Assembly: GCA_963716175.1 (NCBI GenBank)
Contig: OY970296.1
Location: 4,320,001-4,384,000 of the forward strand
DNA from: an uncultured Armatimonadetes bacterium
GTDB taxonomy: Bacteria > Armatimonadota > Hebobacteria > Hebobacterales > Hebobacteraceae
Reading direction: 5' to 3'
Length of the DNA: 64,000 nucleotides
A model generated the notes under the pieces. The model did not search any database and had not been told where the DNA came from. It saw only the letters and a list, made by a program, of their open reading frames with translations. Position 1 is the stretch's first letter. Each line of letters begins with the position of its first letter. Position numbers and translations under genes: made by a program. Positions 47,232 to 56,630 of this stretch are shown in pieces.

Positions 47232-49313
47232 TCAGGACTTCAGCGCCGCCAACACCTGCTCTGACGACAACGGCATCTCCCGCAACCGCTTGCCTGTGGC
47301 ATCGAATATGGCGTTCCCAACCGCCGCCGAGATCGGGAAAACGGCGGGCTCACCGGCGCCTTCTGGGGCATGTGTCGGGTTCGGAACCAGCACGGTCTCG
47401 ATCTTGGGGGCATCGCGAATCGTGGGCACCGGATAGAGCGAGTAGCGGTCGGTCAGAATCCTGCCATCTTCGTAGCGCACCATCTCCCGCAGCGCAGGGC
47501 CGAGGCCCATGATGATGGCGCCCTCGATCTGGTTCGTGATGCCATCGGGGTTGATGATGAGCCCGCTCTCGTGAGCCACCACCACTCGCGAGACGTGGAC
47601 GAGACCGGTGCTCTTGTCCACCTCCGCCTCCACGATCTGGGCGACCTTCGAGCCCACGTCAATCCCGCAGGCGAACCCGATTCCCTTCCCGGTGGGAGCG
47701 CGCCTCGGGGTCCAGCCGTAGGCCTCGGCCGCGGCCCGCACGGTGGCGGCCAGGCGCGGGTCATTTGACAGGTGCTTCAGCCGGAACTCGACCGGGTCCT
47801 GGCCCAGCGCGCTGGCCATCTCGTCCATGTGCGATTCGATGGCGAACGTGTTCGCCGACCCCGCCAGGCCGCGCCACGCTCCCTGGGCCAGCGGCGAATC
47901 GCATTCGAATGTCCGCACCCGCCGGTTGGCGAAAGCATACGGCGGCTCCGCTCCCCGGTCGCCGCAGTTGTAGATATCGCAGTCCCAGGCCGTGATGGTT
48001 CCGCTGCTATCCACCCCACATCGAATGTCAATCAGCGCCGCCGGCTTGAAGTAGTTCCAGGTCAGCTCCTCTGCCCGCGTCTGGCTCACCATGACGGGCT
48101 TTCCCACCGCGCGAGCCAGCCGCGCGGCCGCGATCGCCAGATCCGCGTTGGTCTTCCCGCCGAACCCGCCGCCAACCCGCGGCACCGCGATGCGAACCTG
48201 CTTGGGCGACAAGCCCAGCGCCTCCGCCACCTCGTCCCGCTGCATGAACGGCGCCTGAGTGTTGGAGTAGACGGTTAAGTCTCGGCCCTCCCAGAGTGCC
48301 AGCGCAACGTGTGGTTCCACCGGCGCATGGGCCACGAACGCAGTGCGGTAGGTGGCACGGAATTGGCGCTTGGCGCCTTCGAACTCGGACGCCGCCGCGC
48401 CCTCCTCCACCACCGTGTCCTCCGGTTTCGCCGTTGCCCGGAAGTCGTCCCACAGGGATGCCATGGAGGGCTGAGGCTTCTTCTCCCAATCGGCCTTGAC
48501 CAGCTCTCGCGCTTGCCTCGCGATCTCAGGCCGCTCCCCCACGATGCCCAGGAACTCCCCCTCGCGCACCACCTTCACCACTCCGGCGGCCTTCTCCGCC
48601 TGCGAGGCGTCAGCGCTTCTCAGCCGCGCGCCGAACGACGGTGGGTACAGCACGGCGCCGTAAAGCATGCCCGGCAGCCGGAGATCGGCGACGAACTGCT
48701 CTTTGCCCGTCACCACACTGCGGCCATCAACCCTGGGCACCGAAGTCCCGACCACGCGATACTCGGTCACCGGGCGCAGCTTGGGCTCACCCTTCAGCGT
48801 GCGCTCGATCTCCTTCCCCTGGGTCAGCTCACCCAGGGACACGGACTGGGCCGGATCGTAGGCGAGTAAGATGCGGCCATCGCTGACTACCAGCGCCTGC
48901 GTGGCCACCCCCCACTTCTCCGCCGCCATTTCGACCAGCAGATCGCGCGCCTGGGCAGCCGCCGCTCGCAGCGCCACTCCCTCCTCCCTCACGCTCTCGC
49001 TTCCCCATGTCCCATCGGCGAAGGGCGTGCGGCCAGTGTCGCCCATCACCACCTCTACCGAGGAGAGTGGCAGCGTCAACTCCTCTGCCACCATCTGAGC
49101 AAACGCGGTCTTGGTGCCCTCCCCCATCTCGACCTTGCCCGTGAACACCGTGGCCGTGTTGTCAGGAGCGATGCGCAGGTAGGCGTTGAAGTTGATCGCC
49201 TCCTCGGATTCCTCGCCGGCGCGAGCCAGGCTCCCAGGGAGGGTGAAGAACACGACCAGGCCGCCGGTGAGGCCGAGGAACTCTCTCCGGGTCAGTCCCG
49301 TCTTGCTGTCCAT
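47232..49313 (-). CDS. Tat-exported molybdopterin oxidoreductase large subunit (xanthine oxidase family, IorB-like)
   Basis: TRREFL Tat motif; GKVEMGEG; VGGGFGGK; GAWRG; NQIEGAIIMG; GAGEP. Confidence 0.88.
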   Translation of the reverse strand: MDSKTGLTRREFLGLTGGLVVFFTLPGSLARAGEESEEAINFNAYLRIAPDNTATVFTGKVEMGEGTKTAFAQMVAEELTLPLSSVEVVMGDTGRTPFADGTWGSESVREEGVALRAAAAQARDLLVEMAAEKWGVATQALVVSDGRILLAYDPAQSVSLGELTQGKEIERTLKGEPKLRPVTEYRVVGTSVPRVDGRSVVTGKEQFVADLRLPGMLYGAVLYPPSFGARLRSADASQAEKAAGVVKVVREGEFLGIVGERPEIARQARELVKADWEKKPQPSMASLWDDFRATAKPEDTVVEEGAAASEFEGAKRQFRATYRTAFVAHAPVEPHVALALWEGRDLTVYSNTQAPFMQRDEVAEALGLSPKQVRIAVPRVGGGFGGKTNADLAIAAARLARAVGKPVMVSQTRAEELTWNYFKPAALIDIRCGVDSSGTITAWDCDIYNCGDRGAEPPYAFANRRVRTFECDSPLAQGAWRGLAGSANTFAIESHMDEMASALGQDPVEFRLKHLSNDPRLAATVRAAAEAYGWTPRRAPTGKGIGFACGIDVGSKVAQIVEAEVDKSTGLVHVSRVVVAHESGLIINPDGITNQIEGAIIMGLGPALREMVRYEDGRILTDRYSLYPVPTIRDAPKIETVLVPNPTHAPEGAGEPAVFPISAAVGNAIFDATGKRLREMPLSSEQVLAALKS

Positions 49314-49322
49314 GGCTCTCCC

Positions 49323-49805
49323 CTATCCCGACATTCTCTCGGCTGCAAGCCGCACTGCCCGGACGACGCGTGCGTAGGTGGCGCAACGACAGAGATTGCC
49401 CGCCAGCGCCTCCCGGATCTCAGCCTCCTGGGGGTGCGGATTCCGCTGGAGCAGATCCACGGCAGTCATGATCATGCCCGGGGTGCAGTAACCGCACTGG
49501 AAGGCCTGGGTCTCGAGAAACGCCTCCTGCACCGGGTGCAGGCCCTGCTCGCCGCCCAGGCCCTCGACAGTAGTCACCGAGCGGCCGGCCACGGCCGACA
49601 TCGGGAGGACACAGGAGCGAACCGCGCGCCCATCCAGCAGCACCGTGCAGCTCCCGCACTCACCCGCGCCGCATCCGTACTTGGTCCCGGTCAACCCCAG
49701 ATCATCGCGGAGTACATTCAGCAGACTCTGCGACCCTGGCGCCTTGACGGAGTGCTCGACCCCGTTCACCCGGAAGACAATGGTTTCGCCGCTTTCTGCC
49801 ATCAT
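49323..49805 (-). CDS. (2Fe-2S)-binding small subunit (IorA/CoxS-like)
   Basis: [17 protein letters not shown]; QCGYCTPG; NLCRC. Confidence 0.93.
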   Translation of the reverse strand: MMAESGETIVFRVNGVEHSVKAPGSQSLLNVLRDDLGLTGTKYGCGAGECGSCTVLLDGRAVRSCVLPMSAVAGRSVTTVEGLGGEQGLHPVQEAFLETQAFQCGYCTPGMIMTAVDLLQRNPHPQEAEIREALAGNLCRCATYARVVRAVRLAAERMSG

Positions 49806-50029
49806 CTACCTCTCCCGGCAAATCTCGCGCACCGAAGCAGCAGTCCGGTTCTGCGTGGTTTCGGGTTTCTCCTCGCGCGATCCCCGAAGTGCAGGCAGGA
49901 AGCCACTGCCATAGCGAGAAGTCAGCTATGGGGGGGCGCGCGAAGCCGCAGTCGCCACCTATGAGCGTGGGGCTGCGGCAGGGCTCAACGGCGCCCAGCG
50001 GGTTCGAAACCGAGCGACCCAGCAGGGTG

Positions 50030-52306
50030 ATGACGATGTGCGATAGGCGTCTCGCTCTTCAGCTCCGCGCCACCAGACGTTGGCCGGCATGGTCTTGGGC
50101 GGCGACGGCGCTGCTCGTGGCAGTCGCGCTTCCGGCGCTGGCTACAGACGGCCATTCGGGGTCTGCGCAGCCGGCTGCATCCCCCGAGAGGTCGCCAGGG
50201 GACGACCTGATCCCGTTCTGCAGCAAGGACCTCTTCCTCCTGGGTATGAACTACCCTTATATCAACTACGGGCACGACTTCGGCACCTCTGCGTGGGGGC
50301 ACGACGGAGCGAGCGCCCCTCTTGCCGGATGGTGGGAGGAGCAGACCTACAGCGACAGCCAGGGGATCACGAAGGTGGTGCGCTCATCGGAGCAAGCGCA
50401 TACCGGCAAGCATTCGCTGAAGCTCATCGCCAATCTCGTCGGCAGCGACCCTCATCTCAGCATGGGCGAGGCCTTCGTGGACCTGACCTACCACCCGCCG
50501 CCCGGTGTGTCTGCGCCAGTGAACCTGGAAGGGGTGACGCTGCGGTGCTGGGTGTACGCGCCGGAGAACAGCGGGGGCGACCCAGATCGCCCCAATGGTC
50601 TCCAGCTCTTCGCCCAGGACGAGAACTGGAACAGCGAGTACGGCACCTGGGCTAACATCGAGGCCGGGCAGTGGAACGAGATCACCCTGACGCCGGGCCG
50701 TCGGAGTCCGGCTGAGGGGTGGATGGACGCCGGCTTTGATCCCACGCGCATTGCGGCAGTCGGCCTCAAGGTGGGCATCGGCGACGACTCATCGGCCCGC
50801 TTCCAGGGCGCGTTCTACCTGGACTCCTTCACCGTGGGCGACAGCACGTGGTTTGACTTCGAGGACCCCTCCGTCGCCGAGGTGGACTTCCAGGAGATGG
50901 CCCGCCACGGCATTCGGGCTGTTCGCTGGTTCGTCTTAGCCGACGGGACGGCCTCTCCTGAGTTCGACCAGAGCGGCATGGTGACCGGGTTCGATCCCTA
51001 CTTCTTCGATGACATGGACGCCGCCCTGGAAGCGGCGCGGGAGAAGGGGATTTACCTGGTGCTCTCGCTCTTCGATTTCTACCTCTGCGATACCGCGAGG
51101 ATAGAAGATGGCGTGCAGTTGGGCGGGCACTCCGATCTGATCACGGATCCCGCCAAGAGGCAATCCTTGATTGACCGAGCGCTGAAGCCGATGCTGGCGC
51201 GCTACGGCGGGGACCCGCAGATTCTGGCCTGGGAGATCATCAACGAGCCGGAATGGGCAATGGCGATCCCAGGTGGGCAGAGCGTGGGACACCCCGTGTC
51301 CCAAGAGGCGATGCAGGACTTCGTGCGCGTGATCGCGCAGACCATCAAAGAGAGCACCGCGTCTCAGTTGGTCACGGTGGGCAGCGCCTCCAGGAAATGG
51401 CTGGGGCTGTGGAAGGGCACAGGCTTGGACTTCTACCAGTACCACTACTACGATTGGATGGAGAGCGAAACACCGCTCGCTGTTGCCTTTGAGCAGTTAG
51501 GCGTGGACAAGCCGTGCATTCTGGGAGAGTTCCCCACCGCGCTGAGCGCAATCAGCACTGCCGGGTATCTGGAGAAGGCCTGGTCGAACGGCCTCGCGGG
51601 TGCGCTCGGGTGGTCTTACCGGGGAGAGGACGAGTTCTCGGTTCCGAGAGAGCAGTTCTCAGCACTCGTGGCGCCATCATTTCGGCAATGGAGACAGGCG
51701 CATCTCGATGTGCCGGTGGATATGGCGACGTTCGCCGACGTGCCATGCAACCACTGGGCCCTCCCTGAGGTGGAGGCGATCTACCGGGCAGGCATCACTG
51801 TCGGGTACCCCGATGGCCTGTACCACCCGGCCGACCCGGTCACCCGCGCTCAGATGGCAGTCTACATTTCACGCGCGCTGGAGGGCGGCGACGAGTACGT
51901 GCCCAGTCATCCCGCGCAGGTTTCCTTCCCGGACGTTCCCGCTGACTCCTGGGCGTACAAGTACGTCGAATGCGCGAGCGCCGAGCAGATAGTGACGGGC
52001 TACCCCGACGGGACCTATCAGCCCAACGTGCCCCTGGATCGGGGCCAGATGGCGGCCTTCATCGCCCGCGCCATGGTGACACCCACCGACCGGCCCGACC
52101 TGCCGAGCTACCCGCCTCCCCCGAGCCCCACCTTCCCTGACGTCACGCCCGAGAACGAATGGCAGTGGGCCTACAGACACGTGGAGTACATCGCCGAGCA
52201 AGGCGTGGCCAGAGGCTACCCGGACGGCCTCTATCACCCGGAGCGCACCTGCACGCGGGATCAGATGGCGGCGTACATCGCGAGGGCCTTTCGGCTGCCG
52301 ATGTAG
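50030..52306 (+). CDS. Secreted clan GH-A (GH5-like) glycoside hydrolase with an inserted CBM-like domain and 3 SLH domains
   Basis: GMNYPY..YGHDFG, then about 190 aa of beta-sandwich insert, then AVRWFV, WEIINEPEW (acid/base), YQYHYY, ILGEF (nucleophile); SLH triplet; start uncertain. Confidence 0.8.
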   Translation: MTMCDRRLALQLRATRRWPAWSWAATALLVAVALPALATDGHSGSAQPAASPERSPGDDLIPFCSKDLFLLGMNYPYINYGHDFGTSAWGHDGASAPLAGWWEEQTYSDSQGITKVVRSSEQAHTGKHSLKLIANLVGSDPHLSMGEAFVDLTYHPPPGVSAPVNLEGVTLRCWVYAPENSGGDPDRPNGLQLFAQDENWNSEYGTWANIEAGQWNEITLTPGRRSPAEGWMDAGFDPTRIAAVGLKVGIGDDSSARFQGAFYLDSFTVGDSTWFDFEDPSVAEVDFQEMARHGIRAVRWFVLADGTASPEFDQSGMVTGFDPYFFDDMDAALEAAREKGIYLVLSLFDFYLCDTARIEDGVQLGGHSDLITDPAKRQSLIDRALKPMLARYGGDPQILAWEIINEPEWAMAIPGGQSVGHPVSQEAMQDFVRVIAQTIKESTASQLVTVGSASRKWLGLWKGTGLDFYQYHYYDWMESETPLAVAFEQLGVDKPCILGEFPTALSAISTAGYLEKAWSNGLAGALGWSYRGEDEFSVPREQFSALVAPSFRQWRQAHLDVPVDMATFADVPCNHWALPEVEAIYRAGITVGYPDGLYHPADPVTRAQMAVYISRALEGGDEYVPSHPAQVSFPDVPADSWAYKYVECASAEQIVTGYPDGTYQPNVPLDRGQMAAFIARAMVTPTDRPDLPSYPPPPSPTFPDVTPENEWQWAYRHVEYIAEQGVARGYPDGLYHPERTCTRDQMAAYIARAFRLPM

Positions 52307-52384
52307 CAGAGCACCCGCACTGGGTGTGGTAGGAGCTGCTATGGTGGCAGGAGCTGCCGCTCCTGCCCAACATATAGGCTCCTG

Positions 52385-53284
52385 CTACCGCGGCAGCGCC
52401 TGCTGTCGCACCTGGCGAGACCGCCGGAAGTAGTCGGACCGTGATTCCAGGCCGAACTCCTGGATGATGTCGTGCACCGTGAACTCGTCGCTCTCGGAGC
52501 CCACCGCCCAGCAGGCCTCTCGCGTGAAGAAGTCAATCGAGACCTTGGGGCCGTATTTCGCCAGGATCGCGTCCATCTTCTCCCAGTTCTCGTCCATGTG
52601 CATCAGCCTGCGGTCGAGGTTGATGCGCCGGGTGATGATGCTCTCATAGGTGGATTCGGCCAGCACGTGCCCGGACAGGTCTATGACCTGCCCCAGCTCG
52701 GTCCGCACCGCCGAAACCAGGTAAGCTCCGGTGAGGTAGGCCCAGATGCGCAGCTGCAGCCCTCCCCGGTAGGCCGAGCAGAAGAAGATCACCTCGGCCC
52801 CCGCCTCCCCTGTCCCCTCCATGATCTCCGGGAAGTTGAGATCGAAGCAGATCACGATCCCGAAACGCCCGAGGGGGGTATCGAATACCCGCGGTCCATC
52901 GCCAGGCGTGATCCCGGACTCGATCTCCCCGATAGTCGGGAACATCTTGTGGTATACGCCGGCCACGTCACCGGCCGGACTCACGAGCACCCCCGAGTTG
53001 TACATGCGGCCCTGCTCGCGGGTGTAGAGAGGCCAGACCACGTAGACGCCGTGGCGCCGCGCCTCCTGAGCGATGCGAGTCAGAGAGGGGCCGTCAAGCT
53101 CCTGCGCATGATCCTCAGTTGTGCCAGGGAGGCCGGTGTGATGGTAAGTCTCGGGGAAGGCCACGATCTGCGCGCCCAATCGCGCCGCACGCTGGATGAG
53201 CGCGGCCGCTTCCTCGTGACGGGCGGCGGAGTCCGCGCCCTTTGGGTACTGCGAAACGCTCCCAACAGTGAGATAGCGAGCCAA
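52385..53284 (-). CDS. Carbon-nitrogen hydrolase (nitrilase superfamily)
   Basis: Catalytic triad FPE / YHK / ICFD; TTG start after AAGGAGGT. Confidence 0.88.
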   Translation of the reverse strand: MARYLTVGSVSQYPKGADSAARHEEAAALIQRAARLGAQIVAFPETYHHTGLPGTTEDHAQELDGPSLTRIAQEARRHGVYVVWPLYTREQGRMYNSGVLVSPAGDVAGVYHKMFPTIGEIESGITPGDGPRVFDTPLGRFGIVICFDLNFPEIMEGTGEAGAEVIFFCSAYRGGLQLRIWAYLTGAYLVSAVRTELGQVIDLSGHVLAESTYESIITRRINLDRRLMHMDENWEKMDAILAKYGPKVSIDFFTREACWAVGSESDEFTVHDIIQEFGLESRSDYFRRSRQVRQQALPR

Positions 53285-53307
53285 TGGTACCTCCTTGTCA
53301 GATGGGA

Positions 53308-54330
53308 TTAGAGGAGTGCGCCGACCAATTCCTCTCCGTGCGCCTCCAACCATTGCAGGGGGACCTCCAGATCGCGGCTGATGAACCAGGCCCTGCGCTC
53401 TGGCGGCACCTTCGCTGATCCCTCCAGCCGCTCTGCCAGCCATCGCGCGCGCAGCGCGAGCGGAATCGCGCGCACCTCATCGTCTGCCAGGGGGGAAAGC
53501 TCCCGGTACGTGCGTAGGAACAGCAGGGCCCCGTCCATGTCCGGCTCGACCGCCTCGGTCATTGACTGGATGCTGGAGCCGTCGAACTCCTCGCGCCGGG
53601 TGGCGAAGTACAGGACCCCGTCTGCCAGGTCGCGACTCCGGGTGTGCTCACAGGCCCAGTCGAGGTCGAAGATGCCAGCCATCTGCCCCGAGTCCGAGTA
53701 GAGGAGATTCCCGGGATGGTAGTCACCATGGATGAGCCACCGCGGCAGCGCGTCGTAGACCGATGCGTCGTAGGCTGTGGCCAGGCGCCTTGCTTCCGCC
53801 ACTGTGTAGGTCAGCTCGGGCTCGCCGCGGGCGAACTGCTCGAAGGCGGCGGCCATCAGCTCGGGGTCATCCATGCGCTCGCTGCCGCCGACGTCGGGAG
53901 CAGCGATGGCGAATTGCGCCGGGATAGGGTTGTAACAGCCTCGCGCCGGATAGTCGGCGGCAGCCTGGTGAAAACGGGCCAGCGCACGCGCGGTGGCGAT
54001 CAGCTCGTCGCGGCTGTACCCGAATTGACGCCCCTCTACGAACGGGTAGAGCTCGAATGCCCGACCGTGGGCGAGCACCCAGGTCTCACCCGACTTGGTC
54101 GTGATCGGCGCCGCTGTCGGGACCCCGCGGGCCAGGAGATGCCGCCGCAGGCCATGGTCGAATGCCATCGCTTGCCGCGAGCTCGTGCGCAGCCCTCGGC
54201 ACCGGAAGAAGTGGCGGCCCGTGGCTGAACTGACACGCCAGCACTTGCCAGCGGTCCCGCCAGCTACGACTACCTCTCGAACCTCACCGATCTCGTAGTT
54301 GGCAAGCACCTCCGGCAGCTCGACCATCAA
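53308..54330 (-). CDS. APH/homoserine kinase type II-like phosphotransferase
   Basis: ALARFH; IHGDYHPGNLL; IFDLDW. Confidence 0.85.
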   Translation of the reverse strand: MMVELPEVLANYEIGEVREVVVAGGTAGKCWRVSSATGRHFFRCRGLRTSSRQAMAFDHGLRRHLLARGVPTAAPITTKSGETWVLAHGRAFELYPFVEGRQFGYSRDELIATARALARFHQAAADYPARGCYNPIPAQFAIAAPDVGGSERMDDPELMAAAFEQFARGEPELTYTVAEARRLATAYDASVYDALPRWLIHGDYHPGNLLYSDSGQMAGIFDLDWACEHTRSRDLADGVLYFATRREEFDGSSIQSMTEAVEPDMDGALLFLRTYRELSPLADDEVRAIPLALRARWLAERLEGSAKVPPERRAWFISRDLEVPLQWLEAHGEELVGALL

Positions 54331-54629
54331 GGACCCCTATCTGCCTGTCGCGCCTCTTCCCATGTTCGGCGGAAGCGGCCGGTTCGGGTTCACGCATTCG
54401 CCGTGCGCGAGATCGTAACCTCTGCTCCAGGGCGCAGTCGGACTGTCGGGGGAGTTGCCCCGAGCGCTGCCGACAGCATCCGGCTTCCGGGTCAGGAAGA
54501 GTGACCCCGCAGCAGGAGACCCGGCCATGCAGGGCGCACTATGGCTCCAGAGAATAGACAGCCCCGCGAGCGGGGCGAATCTGCCGGGAGCGCAGATAGC
54601 GCTGAAGCTCCTGGCAGCGAGGAGGTCAA

Positions 54630-55658
54630 GTGTTCGAGAGGATCTTGGTCACTGGTGCGAGCGGCCGGCTCGGCTCGAATCTCGCGGCGCGATTGGTGCG
54701 AGAGGGCGAACGAGTTCGCGCATTGATCCTGCCCGGGGATCCGGCGGAGAAGTCACTCGCGGGCGTTGATGTCGAGAGGGTGTACGGAGACCTGCGCGAT
54801 GAGAAGGCAGTGGGCGAGGCGATGGAGGGCTGCGACGCGGTTGTGCACGCAGCCGCGGTCATGAGTGACCGGGGCCTGACGCCACACGCCTTCTTCGACA
54901 TCAACTGCCGCGGCAGCTTCAACGTGTTCCAGGCGGCTGCCGACCGCGTCAACCGCATCAAGCGCTTCGTGTACCTGAGCAGCACCTCCGCCTATGCCGT
55001 GGAGAATACCGGCCCGGTTATCCGAGAGGACAGCCCGCTCAACCCGCTCACGCTGTACGGGACCACGAAGGTCGCGAACGAGGCCCTGCTGCGCACCTTC
55101 CGCTATCGCACAAACCTGCCGTGTGTCGTGCTTCGTCCCAACTTCATCATGGCCTGCGACGAGATCCTGGAGGGCTGTCGGGTCGGCTGGGTCACCGGAG
55201 TGCTGAGAAGCGCGGACACACGGTACACCTGCTACAACCCGGAGGCGGTGGAACCGTGGAAGATCGTCGAGCAGGCCGCGCCGGACCCAAAGCAGCGCGT
55301 CATCCCCTACGGCCCGGGGCGGCGGCCGTGGACCTGGCACGTGGTTGACGTGCGGGACGCAGTTCAGGCAGTGGAGCTGGCGCTCGCCAGGGAGCAGGCC
55401 GTCGGAGAGACCTTCTGCATCGCCGGTCCCGAGCCCATGCGCTGGGACAAGGCCGTGAAGCACCTCTGCAAGCGGCTGGGCGAGGAGTACGTCGAGGTGG
55501 ATCTGCCCAACCTCTGGCACTTCGAGTTCGACCTCACCAAGGCGCGGGCCGTTCTTGGCTATGACCCCAAGTATACCGTCGAACGGATGATAGACGACGG
55601 TATCGCCTTCCGAAGCGGCCAGGACATCGGCGTGATCCCGCCGGCGATTGCGCACTAA
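54630..55658 (+). CDS. NAD-dependent epimerase/dehydratase (extended SDR)
   Basis: LVTGASGRLG; VVHAAA; YLSSTSAY; YGTTK. Confidence 0.88.
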   Translation: MFERILVTGASGRLGSNLAARLVREGERVRALILPGDPAEKSLAGVDVERVYGDLRDEKAVGEAMEGCDAVVHAAAVMSDRGLTPHAFFDINCRGSFNVFQAAADRVNRIKRFVYLSSTSAYAVENTGPVIREDSPLNPLTLYGTTKVANEALLRTFRYRTNLPCVVLRPNFIMACDEILEGCRVGWVTGVLRSADTRYTCYNPEAVEPWKIVEQAAPDPKQRVIPYGPGRRPWTWHVVDVRDAVQAVELALAREQAVGETFCIAGPEPMRWDKAVKHLCKRLGEEYVEVDLPNLWHFEFDLTKARAVLGYDPKYTVERMIDDGIAFRSGQDIGVIPPAIAH

Positions 55659-55758
55659 GGAGCTTCGCCGAATGAAGTAACACGGCGAAGCTCAAGAAGC
55701 GGCCCAGACAGGCACAGGGCGATGTTCGCACATTACTTCGTTGTGCGAACATCATTAG
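55655..55758. repeat. Double-hairpin GAAGTAA-loop element (copy 4, different stems)
   Basis: gagcttcgccg-aatgaagtaaca-cggcgaagctc ... gatgttcgcac-attacttcgtt-gtgcgaacatcattag. Confidence 0.8.
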
Positions 55759-55809
55759 ATTGCCCGCCGATCGTGGCAGGAGCGGCCGCTCCTGCCCAAC
55801 ACTGAGGTC

Positions 55810-56583
55810 ATGACTGGAGTGTCAAGCGCGGCTGTTAGCATCCGCGTACCGGCGGGAGGCTGGGGGAGGGCCCGCGTTGAGGACATCGCCGCGGTCCTCG
55901 AGTCGGCCGCGGGCGAGCTGATGATGCACGCCCCTGGGCTCCCACCGATCGCGATCCTGGTTGAGCCCGCGACCGGCCATCCTTTCACACTCTATGGCAG
56001 GACCCAGGACGACGAGCACCTGGTGCGGCTGAGTGCAAGGGGCAGACACTGGTACCAGTTCGTCTACGAGTTCTCGCATGAGCTCTGCCACATCCTGTGC
56101 GACCATGCCCGGTACCGCTATCGCGAAGAGAGGTGGTTCGAAGAGAGTCTCGGTGAGCTGGCCTCCATCTTCACGCTCCGGCGCACGGCAATCTCGTGGC
56201 GGCAGTCGCCCTCACGTCCGGATTGGGCTCGCTGTGCCAGTGACTTGCAGGACTACGTTGACGATCTGCTGGCGGAGAGCCACAGGCAGTTGCCCCCAGG
56301 CATGCAACTCAAGGACTGGTACCGCGCCAACTCGGAGTACTTGCGCCTCAATGCCTGGGATCGCGAGAAGAACGAACTGGTCGCCAGCTGTCTGCTGCCA
56401 GTATTCGAGGAAAGGCCAGAGATCTGGGAGGCGATCCCGCATCTCTACCCGCGGGTCCGCCGTCCCATGGAGAGCTTCGAGGCCCTGGTGGCGGGATGGC
56501 TGCGGCGCACCCCTGCAAGACTGCGACCACCCGTCAGGACCGTCGCCGAGCATTTCGGCATAGTGCTGGAGGTGACGGCCTGA
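55810..56583 (+). CDS. Hypothetical protein with an HExxH zinc-metallopeptidase-like motif
   Basis: YEFSHELCH followed by WFEESLGE. Confidence 0.6.
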   Translation: MTGVSSAAVSIRVPAGGWGRARVEDIAAVLESAAGELMMHAPGLPPIAILVEPATGHPFTLYGRTQDDEHLVRLSARGRHWYQFVYEFSHELCHILCDHARYRYREERWFEESLGELASIFTLRRTAISWRQSPSRPDWARCASDLQDYVDDLLAESHRQLPPGMQLKDWYRANSEYLRLNAWDREKNELVASCLLPVFEERPEIWEAIPHLYPRVRRPMESFEALVAGWLRRTPARLRPPVRTVAEHFGIVLEVTA

Positions 56584-56630
56584 ATCGCGGCGGAGGCCGC
56601 CTCGCCTATCTCGGCGGCAGGGGGCCCACG

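Noticed and set aside
49998-50014. tRNA T-arm-like cgggttcgaaaccg
   Set aside because: No acceptor stem, D-arm or anticodon arm can be built around it
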